Part shown: piece after piece, positions 35,821-48,729 of the stretch
How the letters are laid out: every line of letters starts with the position of its first letter
Numbering within the stretch: position 1 is the first letter of the stretch
DNA from: Octopus vulgaris
Lineage: Eukaryota
Direction of reading: 5' to 3'
DNA length: 64,000 nt
Assembly (NCBI GenBank): GCA_951406725.2
Contig: OX597814.1
Location: forward strand, 94,922,001 to 94,986,000
Position numbers and translations under genes: made by a program
The notes under the pieces: model-generated
Database searches by the model: none
What the model was told of the DNA's origin: nothing
The model's input: only the letters and a program-made list of their open reading frames with translations

Positions 35821-36684
35821 GGGGGTGTTACTAATTATAGTTGTGTGCATTTGAATACGTAGTCCTACATCTACACAGAGTATTATTTACTCCACGTTTA
35901 TATTTGTATTTCTTTGAGTATTTTCTCTGATCGACTCTAAGTGAAAGTATTTCTTGTATTTTCACGCTTCTGTAGAAAACAATTGAATTTAGTTCCTAGG
36001 GATCCACTATTCTCCACACTCTGAAACGTTGTATATGCGAAGTATGATAAAGCTATCGAATCACTAACAGTTCTTCTATATAGAGATGAATGGCGTGTTC
36101 AAGTGAATGTGAGATTTGCTCTCGATATATTCAATTTATAACACTAGAATTCCACTTCTTACATCAGAAAACCTCAGTCTGGATTTCTGTTGCTATTTTG
36201 TTGTTATTGTTGTTGTTGTTGTCGTCGTCATCTTGCTATTATGTAACCCTGGTCAGACCTGCCTAGTGAAATCTGCTTTATGGCACTGAGATAGTTACTT
36301 GAATAAGAGTTTGATAAGCGTTTTAGCTATAGTATTCTAGTCTTTATGTGCTCGCTATGCTAAAACTTCAAACATATAACTCCCATTTCAAAAGCGATAT
36401 GGTATTTACCAAGAGGAAAAGAAAGATAGATACAGAGATCAAAATTATTTGCTGCACCAAGCAGGTCGATTGAATACGTAGAAAGGGAGATGGTATCAGA
36501 TTTCCTTTGAAATCTCTATCCATTACTCACATACTCTCAAAATTCTCTCAAAATTTTTTAACTCTCATTTCTTTCTCTGATACTTTTTTTTTCACTCTGT
36601 ATAATTTCAACTATATTTACCGATTTAGATATAACTTCATTATGTCTTTAATCTACAACCACTTATCTTTCTTTCTTCCAATTC

Positions 36685-37075
36685 CAGCTCTCTTTCTCTC
36701 TCTCTTCGTATATATATATATATATATATATCCCCTCTCTTTTTATATATCTGTCTCAGTCCCTCTCCCCTATCTCCCCTCTCTCTTCCTCTCCCCTCTC
36801 TCTCCCTCTTCCCCTCTCTCTATTTCTATCTCCCTCTCCCCTCTCTCTATTTCTCTCTCTCTCTCTCTTTGTCCCTCTCTTTCCCTGTACTTCTGTCTTT
36901 CTCTTTTCCTCGTCTCTCATTTTTCTGTCCTTAGACCCACGACTTCTCTTCCTCCCTCTCTGCCACACTTTCTATATTTATCTCCACCTATCAATCTGTT
37001 CATAATATTATCTCTCACCACATTATGCTCCTTTTTTATATTCCTACAATCTCCATCATCACCATCCCTCCCTCG

Positions 37076-37158
<83 letters not shown>

Positions 37159-37521
37159 GCTCACTGACATTGTCAAGATACTTTTACTGAGTTCTTGAAA
37201 CACTGTTTTCCCTTATATTCTGTTTCCCCGCATTTCTTTCTAAACCTTAATTAATTTCCTTTTTACCCATCTTTCATTTTTTCTGTCTGCCTCCCTCTTT
37301 ATATTCTTTCATTCTCTTCACTAGCTTCTGTGTATGTGTGTGTGTCCCCCTCTCTCTTACACACACACACACTCGCCTTGCTTCTCTCTTTTTCTCTCAC
37401 TCTCTTTTCCTCTCTTGCTCTTCATCTTTTGTTCTTCATCTCTTTCTCTCTCTCTCTCTCTCATTCTATATATATCTTTCTCTCTTTCTCTCTCCCTTTC
37501 TCCCACTTTCTCTTTCTCTTT

Positions 37522-37560
<39 letters not shown>

Positions 37561-37815
37561 CACGCACTCTCTTTCCTCACTTTTCTCCCTTGCGCTCTCT
37601 CTCTTTCTCTCGCTTAAACAATCACCCTCTCTCCACACTTTTCTCCCTTATTCTCTTTCCCCTCTCCCTTCTCCCCTCTATCTCTCTTATTCTCTCTAAT
37701 TTAGTTTCTATCTCTCTTATCCTTTATATTTCCTTTTTTCTCCTCTCCCTATCACTCTCTCCGTCTCCATCTCCCTCTCTCCCCCTCCCCCCGTCTCTCT
37801 TTCTCTCTCTTTCTC
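36685..37815. repeat. ~1.1 kb polypyrimidine/(CT)n-rich low-complexity tract
   Basis: Mostly C/T on the plus strand, with pure (CT)n at 37082-37154. Confidence 0.95.
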
Positions 37816-38367
37816 TGGATCTTTTGCTCTATCTTTCCACCGCTTCCATTATAGTAAACCGACGAAACCTAACAACCCACTATCAATCATTGAGATACCA
37901 TACGTTACAAGTAAAACACTCTTTTATTGACCTAAATAATGTTTTATTGATTCTGCAGAAATCATTTTACTGTCTATCAGTATAACCCATATTTATAATG
38001 ATATGTGACACTATTAAATTTGTGATTTATACAGAATTTTATCACTTCAAAATGCTGGAGCTATTTTCTTCTAATCTTTCTCAACCATTTGGCAGTTATT
38101 TCCATCATATGCCTATTCTTAACTCCTGTAAGGATGATTGCTCTTTTTATTTAGATCTCATACTGACCATTTTTTTTCTTCACTAAACTCAATTATCCTT
38201 GAAGTCTTAGAGATCCCTGGTATTCTAGAGTGGTTTCTAGCAAAATTCTAAGTTCTCATTCTTTTATTGCTGCTTGAGTGCACCAGAATCATTGATAGCA
38301 ATCATACGCATTGACTTTCTAAACTATATGTAATACTCAAAATGTTTTATACGCATATATATATATA

Positions 38368-38671
38368 TTGTATTTTTGTATTTATATTCCTGTAACATCG
38401 TCTGTTTTTCCGTCCTTGTTTCGTATACATTCGATGCTTTTTTCCAAGGAATCTAATGCTCTTAGATTAGTTTTTCCTTGGGGCTGGCCAGATTGGAGCA
38501 ATATCAAGATTAATCAAGAAATTGCGAAGATGATCCTGTTCTTGACTGAAGATAAAAGGCTTCGAATGACCCGTCCTTGTTTTTTTGTATCGTCTATCTG
38601 GATGTTTTGTTGTCCCCTTTTGTATCAACTAGTTGTCCGGATGTTTTGCGTTCTTGTCCCATTTTGTATTT

Positions 38672-38675
<4 letters not shown>
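38368..38675. repeat. Unclassified interspersed-repeat-like block between (TA)n tracts
   Basis: Discrete block bounded by TA runs. No coding motif seen. Confidence 0.4.
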
Positions 38676-38721
<46 letters not shown>

Positions 38722-38724
<3 letters not shown>

Positions 38725-39238
38725 CGTAGCACTCCGTCGTTTTTCTCACCCCGCCAACCCTCGACCTAGTCTCGACATCCTCTCCGCGACCGGTGGCCGA
38801 CGTCGACACCTTACACCTTCCTAGCACAGTCGCTGCCCCGTTCGTCGCCTCTGTTTTCACTATTATCTAGGGTCTTGCTGATCAGATGCGGTAGTTGTGT
38901 GGAAGGGCATTTCTCGTTGGTCTCTTCCGGTTACCGATCTTCGACTGGGTACGTTCTTCTTGACCCTACAAGGCCGGCGAGTTTTCGATATGCCGCCGCC
39001 ACTTCGTCCATCCGCACCCGAGCGCCTTCACTGTCGTCGCACTCCGCCTCGCACTCCGGCTAACACCTCACTTGTTCATTCGTCGTACTCGTCACCAACA
39101 GCAGCAGCTCCGTTTGCTCATAGTTTCGCACGCTCGTGTTCTTCGCCTCCGCCTTGCTGTTGTAGCTGTGGCCTCCTCGTCCGTCCCGCAATTGCCAGGA
39201 CTGCTTCTCTGTGATTTATTAGACAAAATTCAACCTTC
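38722..39238. other. CpG/GC-rich island bounded by microsatellites (probable retroelement LTR or 5' UTR)
   Basis: Sharp compositional shift with many CG dinucleotides. Starts TG after (TA)n. AATAAA on the minus strand near 39215. Confidence 0.4.
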
Positions 39239-40399
39239 GTATATGAGTATGTATATATGTATGTATGTATGTACGTATGTATGTATGTATGTATTTTTGT
39301 ATGCGTGCATGTGTGTATGTATGTGTGTGTATGTGTATGTGCGTATAATTACGCATACTTATACACACACAAACAGAAAGACAGAGTGATGTGGGTACAA
39401 ACTCATACGTATGAGTCGTATTACAGTTTGCGTGAAACATCGGCCAAAACAACAATAGCAACAACAGAAAGTGAGTAAATGTTAATGCACATTAACGAAA
39501 ACACTCGAGCACACACCTGTACAGAGACATGCACAACCGCGCGCACATACACATACACCTACAAGGGTCAAAATTTATATACACACTTGCTTGATGAAAC
39601 ATAGATGCATTCAAACAGTTATTCACCAAGCTATTTGGTGGGGGGGGGCTTCATAGTTGGCATGCTCAGTAACCCCTTTACCATCATCCTTCTAATCTCA
39701 CGAGACAAAGGGAAGTCTACGTAATCGTTCGATTTGCAAGAAATAGCAACCAATTCTCACACAAATCACAATCCTATTTTTCTTTTAAAAGGGAAGACCC
39801 CACTAAGCAATGAAGTGAGAAGTATACAGAAAAAAAGAAATTGCAACAGTTGAAACATTTTTGTTTATAAGTATGGGGCTAATCAAGAAGAACAGCAGTT
39901 TATAAAGTTCGAAGTCTTTTGGATACGAAGCATGAAAGCAGACCAATTCCTGTGAACTGATACATTTTACCATCTTTTTCTGTTTTATGAATTGCTCTCC
40001 TTGAGGTTCTGAGTTGTGCATTAAAATATTACAATTATTAAGCACGCAAGATGGTCAAACCAATAGACTTCCAGTCAAATTGTTGTTTAATATTTAGTTA
40101 CATTGCATAAAATCATGACAACAAGAAGTCTTAAAACAATTACAACAGCAACAACTCAAAGACGAAGTCCCTTAACTCAGAGAGGGAACGAAAAATTATT
40201 GGAGTTTATACACTCAATGACATAATTTTGATAACGCAAAAACAACAAAAGAGAAACTTCTGGTTTGAACAACACCAGAAATTTATCAGATAATGTGGAA
40301 CGTTTTAAAAACTTACTAGACAAAGGATTTTTTAGGTCCTCTACCGGATCTCCACAAAAGGTTTAACACAACACTGCAGTAAGTGACCCACTCCTTTTC

Positions 40400-40950
40400 A
40401 TTTACATTTTCCTCTTCATTTGATGGCAATAATTATAATAGGCAGTAAAACTGTACATGATCTGGGATTGGCGTGGAAGGTGGAGACACCTGCTCAAGGA
40501 TCTCGTGTTTCTTCGTCTGAATGTGATAGCTAATAGCGAAACCAGGATTTCCGAAACGCGTTCGGTTACTCTCCTGAATGACAAATTATCTTGGACAATA
40601 ATTGCTATGAAGGAGACGGTGGAGCCTCCAAACGTGTAACCGTGTAGTATAAATCCGGTTATCAACTGAGCCTATAATGAAAATCGATCCACCACTTTCC
40701 CTTGGCATGGGAGTGTGGTCAAATCTTCCTGTCTGTTGCCTATTGAAAAAGAAGTAGTGTGATTGACACGTTTGAAAGTTTTGAGGGCATGAATTTTTCC
40801 GTCTGATTGAAGCACCAGGAGAAGATGAGCGTAGGGAGTAAGGTGCTGCCTAATAGTGTGTTCAAAGATAAGTGGGTGAGAGCGGCAAGCTCGTCGAGGA
40901 TAAAAGGATCAAATTTAATTATGCTTTCCAAAACAGGCAAGACATCTGGG
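40400..40950 (-). pseudogene. Possible decayed L1/Tx1-type RT fragment
   Basis: KTFKRVNH (cf. KAFDRVNH) and GYTFGGSTVSFIA..IIVQD. Confidence 0.3.
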
Positions 40951-41169
40951 AGTCAGCTCATTTAATGTCTTTCAACTGGCAGAGTAAAAGTGTTTTTTTT
41001 TCTTAGTTTAACCTTTCTTTTCTTTTACCTTTCTGTAAACCTTTGTGTTTGTATAATTAGCTACGATTTTCTACTTTATTCTTTCTTTATACGTAAAGCT
41101 TTCTTTTTATATTCTTGTACCTTTGGGCACAAATCAGTTTCTCTTTACTGACTTTGGATTGTTTTTATT

Positions 41170-41568
41170 CTTTAACTTGTTTCAGTCATTTGACTGGAGT
41201 CATGCTGGGATACCTACCACATTGAAGAGTTTTAGTCGAACAAATGGACCCCAGGACTTATTTCTTAAGCCTAGTACTTATTCTATCGGTATCTTTTGCC
41301 GAACCGCTAAGTTACGGAGACATAAGCATAACAAAATCGGTTGTCAAACGGAGTTGGAGACACAAACATACACACACACACATACACATACACACACACA
41401 CGCACGTATTGTGTATAATGTATGCATACGACGGCCTTCTTTCAGTTTCTCAAGGCTTTGGTCGGCTCAAGGCTATAGCAGAAGACACTTGTTCAAGGTG
41501 CCACGCAGTAGGACTGAACCTGGAACCATTTGATTGCGAAGAAAGCTTCTTACCACACAGCAACGCTT
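41170..41568 (-). mobile_element. Full-length SINE (ggctgtgtggtaag family) with internal (CA)n
   Basis: Reverse complement of the 61078-61495 type, head to tail (gctgtgtggtaagaagc ... caaatgactgaaacaag). Confidence 0.88.
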
Positions 41569-41599
41569 GAAATATTTTTCTAGACATGCAACCGTTACC

Positions 41600-42925
41600 T
41601 TCTAGTGGTTCTGTACGTATAATGAGCTCAGTTCCTCCCTGGTGCAGGGTAGGTATATGATATCTCTATACAATATTGGATGGTAGTTTCGGAATACTAT
41701 AAACGGGTTTCTTGTTTTCCTGTTTCACCCCTTTTATCCACTTGCTTCTAATTTACTATTTAATATTTTGGAGCTGTAGTTCAAAACTGGGATGGCGAAT
41801 CACCTTTTTATATATTTCACTCCCTTTCTCATTACGCTAAATAAAGTTGGATCATTATCTTTTGTTTCGATTTTAATTTTAATTCTAATTTTATATATTT
41901 CCTTTGCACTATTGCAGTTTTGGCTGAGGGGGATCTTACTCTTTTAAGACCGAGTCCGATGTCACGTGGTATTACTACGTCTCCTGTATAGACTACATCA
42001 TTTAGCTAGTTGGTATTCAAGTTTATTTCTATGGAAATGATTTTGTATGGCCTTATTGTATTCTTTGAAAGAGACGTTTGTTTAAACATAACTCCGGCAT
42101 GTTGATCCACATTTATTGATTTTGTTATTGACAATTCATTTTCTGTTTTCCATATTATTTCTGAGAGATTTTCCTCAATGTTAACTTTGTCTGTTGTGGA
42201 ATGATATTATTCTGTTTATTTTTGCATGTACGGTCTTGGGTATTTTTTTGTAATGGTTGGAGTTTTGGTTTCTGATTTCCATGTGAAATTGTGTGGCTTT
42301 CATCCTCGTTTGAGATTTTTTATATATTCAACTCTGTTTTCACATTCCCTTTTGGAAAACACGATGCACTCAAACGTAATGTGATTGATTGATTCTCCAT
42401 AGCCTCCACTCTGTCTGCATTTGCTTTTCCTATTCCTCTTATATCACGGTAAGATCGCTTTGTCTTTCTCTGAGACCTTTCCTAATTTATGTTTGTACCA
42501 CCTATTTTCTATTGGTATTCCATATAGCTGGAATCATTTCCAGTGTATGAAATCCTAAACAATTGTGTCTGTAAGGTACATTCTTTCTTGACTAAGAAAA
42601 AATGTGGTTAACTGTTTCTTCTCAAACTCCATGTATTCTGCAGTTACGCAATGTACACACTTTTAGAAGTTTCTGGTATGAAGCATTTGGTCTTGGCCCC
42701 AATCCAAAATCTGTTTTATCTTTGAGTCTTGCACTTCTCAGCCAATTCTAAGGAATATCTTTATCCACTTTGGCTTAGTTGAATCTAGTCAGGTACTATA
42801 GGAGCTTTTCTTGCCAAAGTTTTTGCATGTCATTTTCCAATTCCATTATCAGTTTCTGACTTTGCTTCTCCATTTTCATTACAAAACCTTGTTATCTCAG
42901 CCTCTGTTTCATATTTGTTAATTTT
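41600..42925 (-). pseudogene. Decayed Dong/R4 LINE fragments
   Basis: WLRSARLKDKT..QDQMLHTRNF near 42670-42750 and LNDVVYTG (cf. LNDLVCAA) near 41985-42005. Confidence 0.55.
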
Positions 42926-42927
42926 CT

Positions 42928-43552
42928 TAAGGTGGCGAGCTGGCAGAAACGTTAGCACGCCGGGCGAAATGCTCAGCGGTATTTCGTGTCTTTATGTTTA
43001 AATTCTGCCGAGGTCGACTTTGCCTTTCATCCTTTCGGAGTCGATTAAATAAGTACCAATTACGCACTGGGGGTCGATATAATCGACTTAATCCCTTTGT
43101 CTGTCCTTGTTTGTCCACTCTCTGTTTAGCTCCTTGTGGGTAGTAAAGAAATAGGTATTTCGTCTGCCGCTACGTTCTGAGTTCAAATTCCGCCGAGGTC
43201 GACTTTGCCTTTCATCCTTTCGAGGGTTGATAAATTAAGTACCAGTTGCATACTGGGGTCAATCTAATTGACTGGCCCCTTCCCCAAAAATTTCAGTCAT
43301 TGTGCCCTGTGTAGAAAAGAATATGTAACTCATCTAAGGCGGCGAGCTGGCAGAATCGTTAGCATGACGGGTAAAATTCTTAGCGGTATTTCGTACGATT
43401 TTACTTTCTGAGTTCAAATTCCACCGAGGTCGACTTTGCCTTTCATCCTTTCGGAGTCGATAAAATAAGTACCAGTTGATCATGGAGATTGACGTAATTG
43501 ACTATCTGCCACCCCTGAAATTGCTGGCCTTGTAGCCAAAGTTTGAAACCTA
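42928..43552 (+). mobile_element. Dimeric plus monomeric Meta-domain-like SINEs in tandem
   Basis: taaggtggcgagctggcagaaacg (42928) with two internal units, and taaggcggcgagctggcagaatcg (43335). Confidence 0.92.
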
Positions 43553-43742
43553 TATGAAATTCACTTGCCCAAAATGCCACAAAACAGAATCGAAACTGAA
43601 ACCTTACTACTGCGAACCCTAAACACATGTGCGCACATATATGTGAGTATTTCTTTAGTATGTTGTATTGTTCGCCGATTTATGTAAGTAGATTTTTCTA
43701 CAAAATACGCACAGATGTACTCTCTCTCTCTCTTTCTCTTTC

Positions 43743-43791
<49 letters not shown>

Positions 43792-43970
43792 TTCTCTCTA
43801 TCACACACACATGCACGTACATACACAGACGCGCGCTCACATTTGAACTCACACGAACACACACACATACATATACACACATACATATCTATGTATACAT
43901 ATTAATACTAGAAAGTGAAGAAAGAAAATTCATGAACATATATGAGTTCGTACATATATGCACAAGCAAT

Positions 43971-44003
<33 letters not shown>

Positions 44004-44716
44004 TGAGAGGGAGAGAATGAGAGAAAAACGTGCTCAAGTACATCCACGCTAATATATTTGCATTGTGGCAAGCCTCTTTTCTATTTAAATATTTAGTTTA
44101 CTTCAGGATTCTTTTCTGAACGTTTTATCTTACTAAATCTTGGAGTGGCTCTAAGCAAGCTTCTTAAATTCAATTTGCTTCTTACTCTTCACTTCATACC
44201 AATTACAAGTTTAATATTAAACCAAGGTCATCCTCCTTCTGGTTAGAAATTCAAGCAGTTATTTACGTGCAGAAAATTTTGTGTGTAGGGAAATCCAAAA
44301 TGGTTGACATGGAATTACCTGGTATCTTTGCAGTTGTTATCATACTTCTTTGCAGTTGTTATCATACTTATTGAGCCAGTGCAGTCCATCAAGACCGACC
44401 AAGTGATCAATAGATTTTGAGAACGTTACCCATATGACATGTAATAATAATATGCAGGTACATCAAACATGACATGAATAAAACGGCAGGCTATTTTGCA
44501 GATGCAAATAGCTACAGAGCTTGAACGGAACAAAACAGGGAATTATAAAAGCAAAACCCATCCATATTAGATGGGTTACTCTGTATCCCTGTGTTTATCT
44601 CTGAAACCGCTTGACAACTGATGTTGGTTTGTTTGCGTCCCCGTAACATAGCACCTTAGATAGAATAAGTATCAGTCTTAAAAATTAAATACTGGGGTCA
44701 ATCTGTTCGTCTAAAC

Positions 44717-44988
44717 TAGTGGTTCTCATCCTTTCATTTTCCTATGAACCCCTTTGATTCCAATTTTAGTCGAGTGGCCCTCCATAGCCAGTCGATGTTT
44801 AAAAATTCCTGTTGTATTTTTATAATTAAATTTAACTAGGAATTGTATTCAAAACATTATTAAAATATTTTATGTATTGTGGAAGTAAGACCAATTTCTT
44901 GCACAAATTTTAACAATATCTTATATGGATCCTTCAAAGTCCATATGGATCCTTCAAGGTCCATATGGACCTCGGTTGAGAACCACTG
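44717..44988. mobile_element. hAT (Charlie-like) MITE inserted in a SINE tail
   Basis: TIRs tagtggttctca / tgagaaccactg. 8-bp TSD gtctaaac / gtctaatc. Internal 20-bp tandem catatggatccttcaa.gtc. Confidence 0.88.
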
Positions 44989-45760
44989 GTCTAATCCCTT
45001 CAAGGTAATGACTAAAGCTTATGGGAGACCCAACTTCTCATACATGACCTAGGATGATATTTTGGGACTTTTTATTTTTTGGAAAACGTGCATATGATAT
45101 ACCATAAAATGCTGTATATAGTTTTCCCTTGAGATAGTGTTTCCCTAAAATAGTGTTTTAAGATGGCGAATTGGCTGGATCATTAGAGCGTGGGAGAGGA
45201 TATCTTGCAATATTTGTTCCAACACTCTGCTCTGTCAGTTCAAATGCTATAAAGATTAATTTTTACCTTCCATCCTTTCAGAGTCGATAAAATTTTACCA
45301 AACCATGACGGTGGTTTGGCGGAAATATTGCAAGGTCGGAGTAATGCTTTACTGCACCTCTTCTGGTTCTTTACGTTCTGACAGCAACACCTGCAGCAAA
45401 GAACTGTATCGACTAATTCGGCGACTCACCCTGAGATGTATATCAGTAGCGTGAAAAGCGGGGACTTACAGACATGGGGAATTTTGCTAGTGTTCCTAAA
45501 AAAAACGTTGCTTAATCCTGCTCAATTCATAGTCAATCTTAAACGACGGAGGGCCTGTATTTTGTTCGCTTGGAATGCAAACTCCTCATTTTCCACTTCA
45601 CCATTTGGGAACATATCATTTTAATCACTGACCAAAGCGACGATTGCAGTATAAGCCACCAGACAGCTACATCATAAAGCATAATTTTTTTCCGATATTC
45701 TACTGGAAAATGAGAAAACTTTCCAACCCCCTGTGTCAATTGTTGTTGTTGCTGTTGTTT

Positions 45761-45791
<31 letters not shown>

Positions 45792-46672
45792 ACTCCGAAT
45801 TAACCCTGGCCTATAGTGAAATATGTTCTACCCATGATTATTCCAAATTTTTTTGCAACAAAATATATCTAGTACTTTATTATCTAATGCTGGCATGAAC
45901 AATCTGAGGCCTGCAGCACTTTTTAAATAGCTTATCTAGAGAAACATTACCTTGAATATTTTAGTAGTGCGACCCAAAGATGGATGTCTTATGCGACTCG
46001 CCTCACGAAAACGGTTGCTCATATCTGAAGTAATGCGTCCTTCCATTATTTCATATATTAATATAAGATTTGTAGCTGTAGAAGATTGTAGAACATTGTA
46101 ACTGATTGAATCAACTTTGGTATATTACTAGTATATATTTATTTTTCTCTGCTATAAAAAAGGCAAAGTCGATTTCGGTGACACTTGCGCGCAAATAATA
46201 AAAGCACCATGATTATATAGAGCAAGGCGTTTAGTTGGGCAACCTGTCACTTCTGCTACGGCAGTATTCTAAATTCCTTTGCGTTTGTGTTATATTATAA
46301 AATATTCGCATCAATATAACTATTATATTAATTCTATTCCTGTCCAAAGGATATGAATAATAAAGATCTTAAACTTAGACAAATGTAATTTGTGAAAATG
46401 ATGAAATAATAAGTGATTCTGCTACTGTTGGCTATTTTTAACACAATTTACCCGTAATTTTATTCACTTAGTCTTGTTTTCATTGTTATTGTTTTTTATG
46501 CCATTTTATTTAATATTTCGCTAATGGTAAAATGCTCGATAAAGTTTTAGCATCTGGCTTTAAAAATTCTAAAACGTCCATTTATAACATTGGATTTTTC
46601 CGTTTATTTTCCTTTTATTTATAGTTTCATCAGCTGCATCGAGAGGTTGATACTATTTGGAATTCCACTGAT

Positions 46673-46745
46673 AGCTTCTTATCCAATTCTACCCACAGCT
46701 TCTTATCCAATTCTACCCACAGCTTCTTATCCAATTCCACCCACA
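46673..46745. repeat. Minisatellite agcttcttatccaattctacccac x3
   Basis: Direct. Confidence 0.95.
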
Positions 46746-47242
46746 AAATTATGACTTCTAGTTATTCAACTTCCATTGCTATTAAAGAACTTGCTCATTT
46801 TAAATATTAACACTTGCTGTATTTCTTCTTGATCTTATATAAATATATTCGTTCTATTTTTTTATGCCACTGTATGCCACTGGAAACGTCATTAACAATC
46901 TTGCTTCTTGATATCTGAGAGGGAATGCATTCGATGATAGGATACCTGTTGCTTACTCTCAACGAAAAGGAGGATGTAAACTGCAGTACGACTGAAGTTT
47001 ACGCAACACTATTCTAAGTAGCTGCTAAAACCGTTGGTTGAACCCATTTTTTATTGTGAATATTTGCAGCAATTTCATGGAGTAGCGTTTGTGACATTTT
47101 TGCAAGGCATCCAAGACTGGTTGGTGAAAGGTTGGAGGAATGGTGATGTTGAACAGGGCAATGATTGGATCTAATTTTCTAGAACAGGGAGGGTTTAAAT
47201 AATGAGCTTCCACATGATTTCCATCTACCCAATTTCACATAA

Positions 47243-47445
47243 GTGGAGGCGCGTGGCTTAGCGGTTATGATATTGTGGTTTCGTTTCCTGGGGCCAGTGA
47301 TACATTGTGTTCTTGAGCAAAACACTTCATTTCATGTTCCTCCAGTCCACTCAGCTGGCAAAAATAAGTAATCTTGCGAAGGACCAGAATCCCATCTAGG
47401 TGCGGAATTTATACGCCATGGAATCGGCACGACTCGAGAAGATAG
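47243..47445 (+). mobile_element. tRNA-derived SINE (OR-like)
   Basis: gtggaggcgcgtggcttagcggtt head and tgtgttcttgagcaaaacacttcatttca core. Confidence 0.8.
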
Positions 47446-47819
47446 CCTTTACCTTTTCCATTTCACGTATAGTAATTGTGGTTGTTTAACAAAACAGATA
47501 TTAAGAAGGGTGAGAAAAAGAAGGTGGAAGAAGAAGAGCGGTTGAATTAGATAAACTATCTGAACTCTATTAAGATGAAAGAATGCCGGTAAAGTTGTTG
47601 CAGTTAATCGCAGTGTTAAACCGAGCAGTTGTGTTGCCCCATCCCTACTCCCACCCTCTATCATCTTCAGCTCACTCATGACATTCCCATATGGAAATTT
47701 TGATTAAAACTTGTTTATTTCAATCTATTGTCCATGTTTCGTTGTACATCACTTGGATCCACGCCTTTCTGAATTCAAATCCAATTTAAATTGATTGAGG
47801 CTTTCGTTCCATTGAAAAC

Positions 47820-47910
<91 letters not shown>

Positions 47911-48057
47911 GGTGGTGGTAGTTGTGGTGGTGGTGGTGGTGGTGGTGGTGGTAGTGGTGGTGGTGTTACTAGTAGTAGAAGTAGTAGTGATGGTGGTGGT
48001 GGTGGTGGTGGTGGTGATGATTGTGGTTGAGGAGGCAGAGGTGGTTGTAGTAGTAGT

Positions 48058-48125
<68 letters not shown>

Positions 48126-48126
48126 C
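47820..48126. repeat. Compound (AGT)/(GGT)/(AGC)n microsatellite
   Basis: Direct. Confidence 0.97.
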
Positions 48127-48604
48127 ATGTCGAATTAAAATACCCGGTGATACAAGATGCCTTGCACTTACAACATATTTGTTGTTCGATTGGAACCATC
48201 ACAGCTCAATCGATTTTCCTTTGGTTTGGTTTTGAATTAATTTTTTGTAAATAAATGGATATACCAACAACGATGATTTTACACAATTTCTGCCCAGTGT
48301 CGCTGAAAATTGGGAAAAACTGTAAAAATAACTTCAACATCATTGCAATATACTTTTATAAATCTTTGAAGACAGAATACTCTCAATGATTAATGAAAGC
48401 TTGATTCCCTTTAGAATCCCTAATGCATACTTAATCGACGAAATAAATATTCATTGCAATAATTCTTATCTAAAACCAATTTCTCTCCAATCTCCTCCGA
48501 ATGACATGAACAGAACTGCTTGATAATTACACGGCTGCATTTGACTTGTAGAAAGTCGTATTTTAAGCTGACTACATAACAAATACATATGATGATGGTA
48601 ATAG

Positions 48605-48729
<125 letters not shown>

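Noticed and set aside
47580-47690. RTE RT-like peptide VNRSVKPSSCVAPSL
   Set aside because: Too short and degenerate to call.
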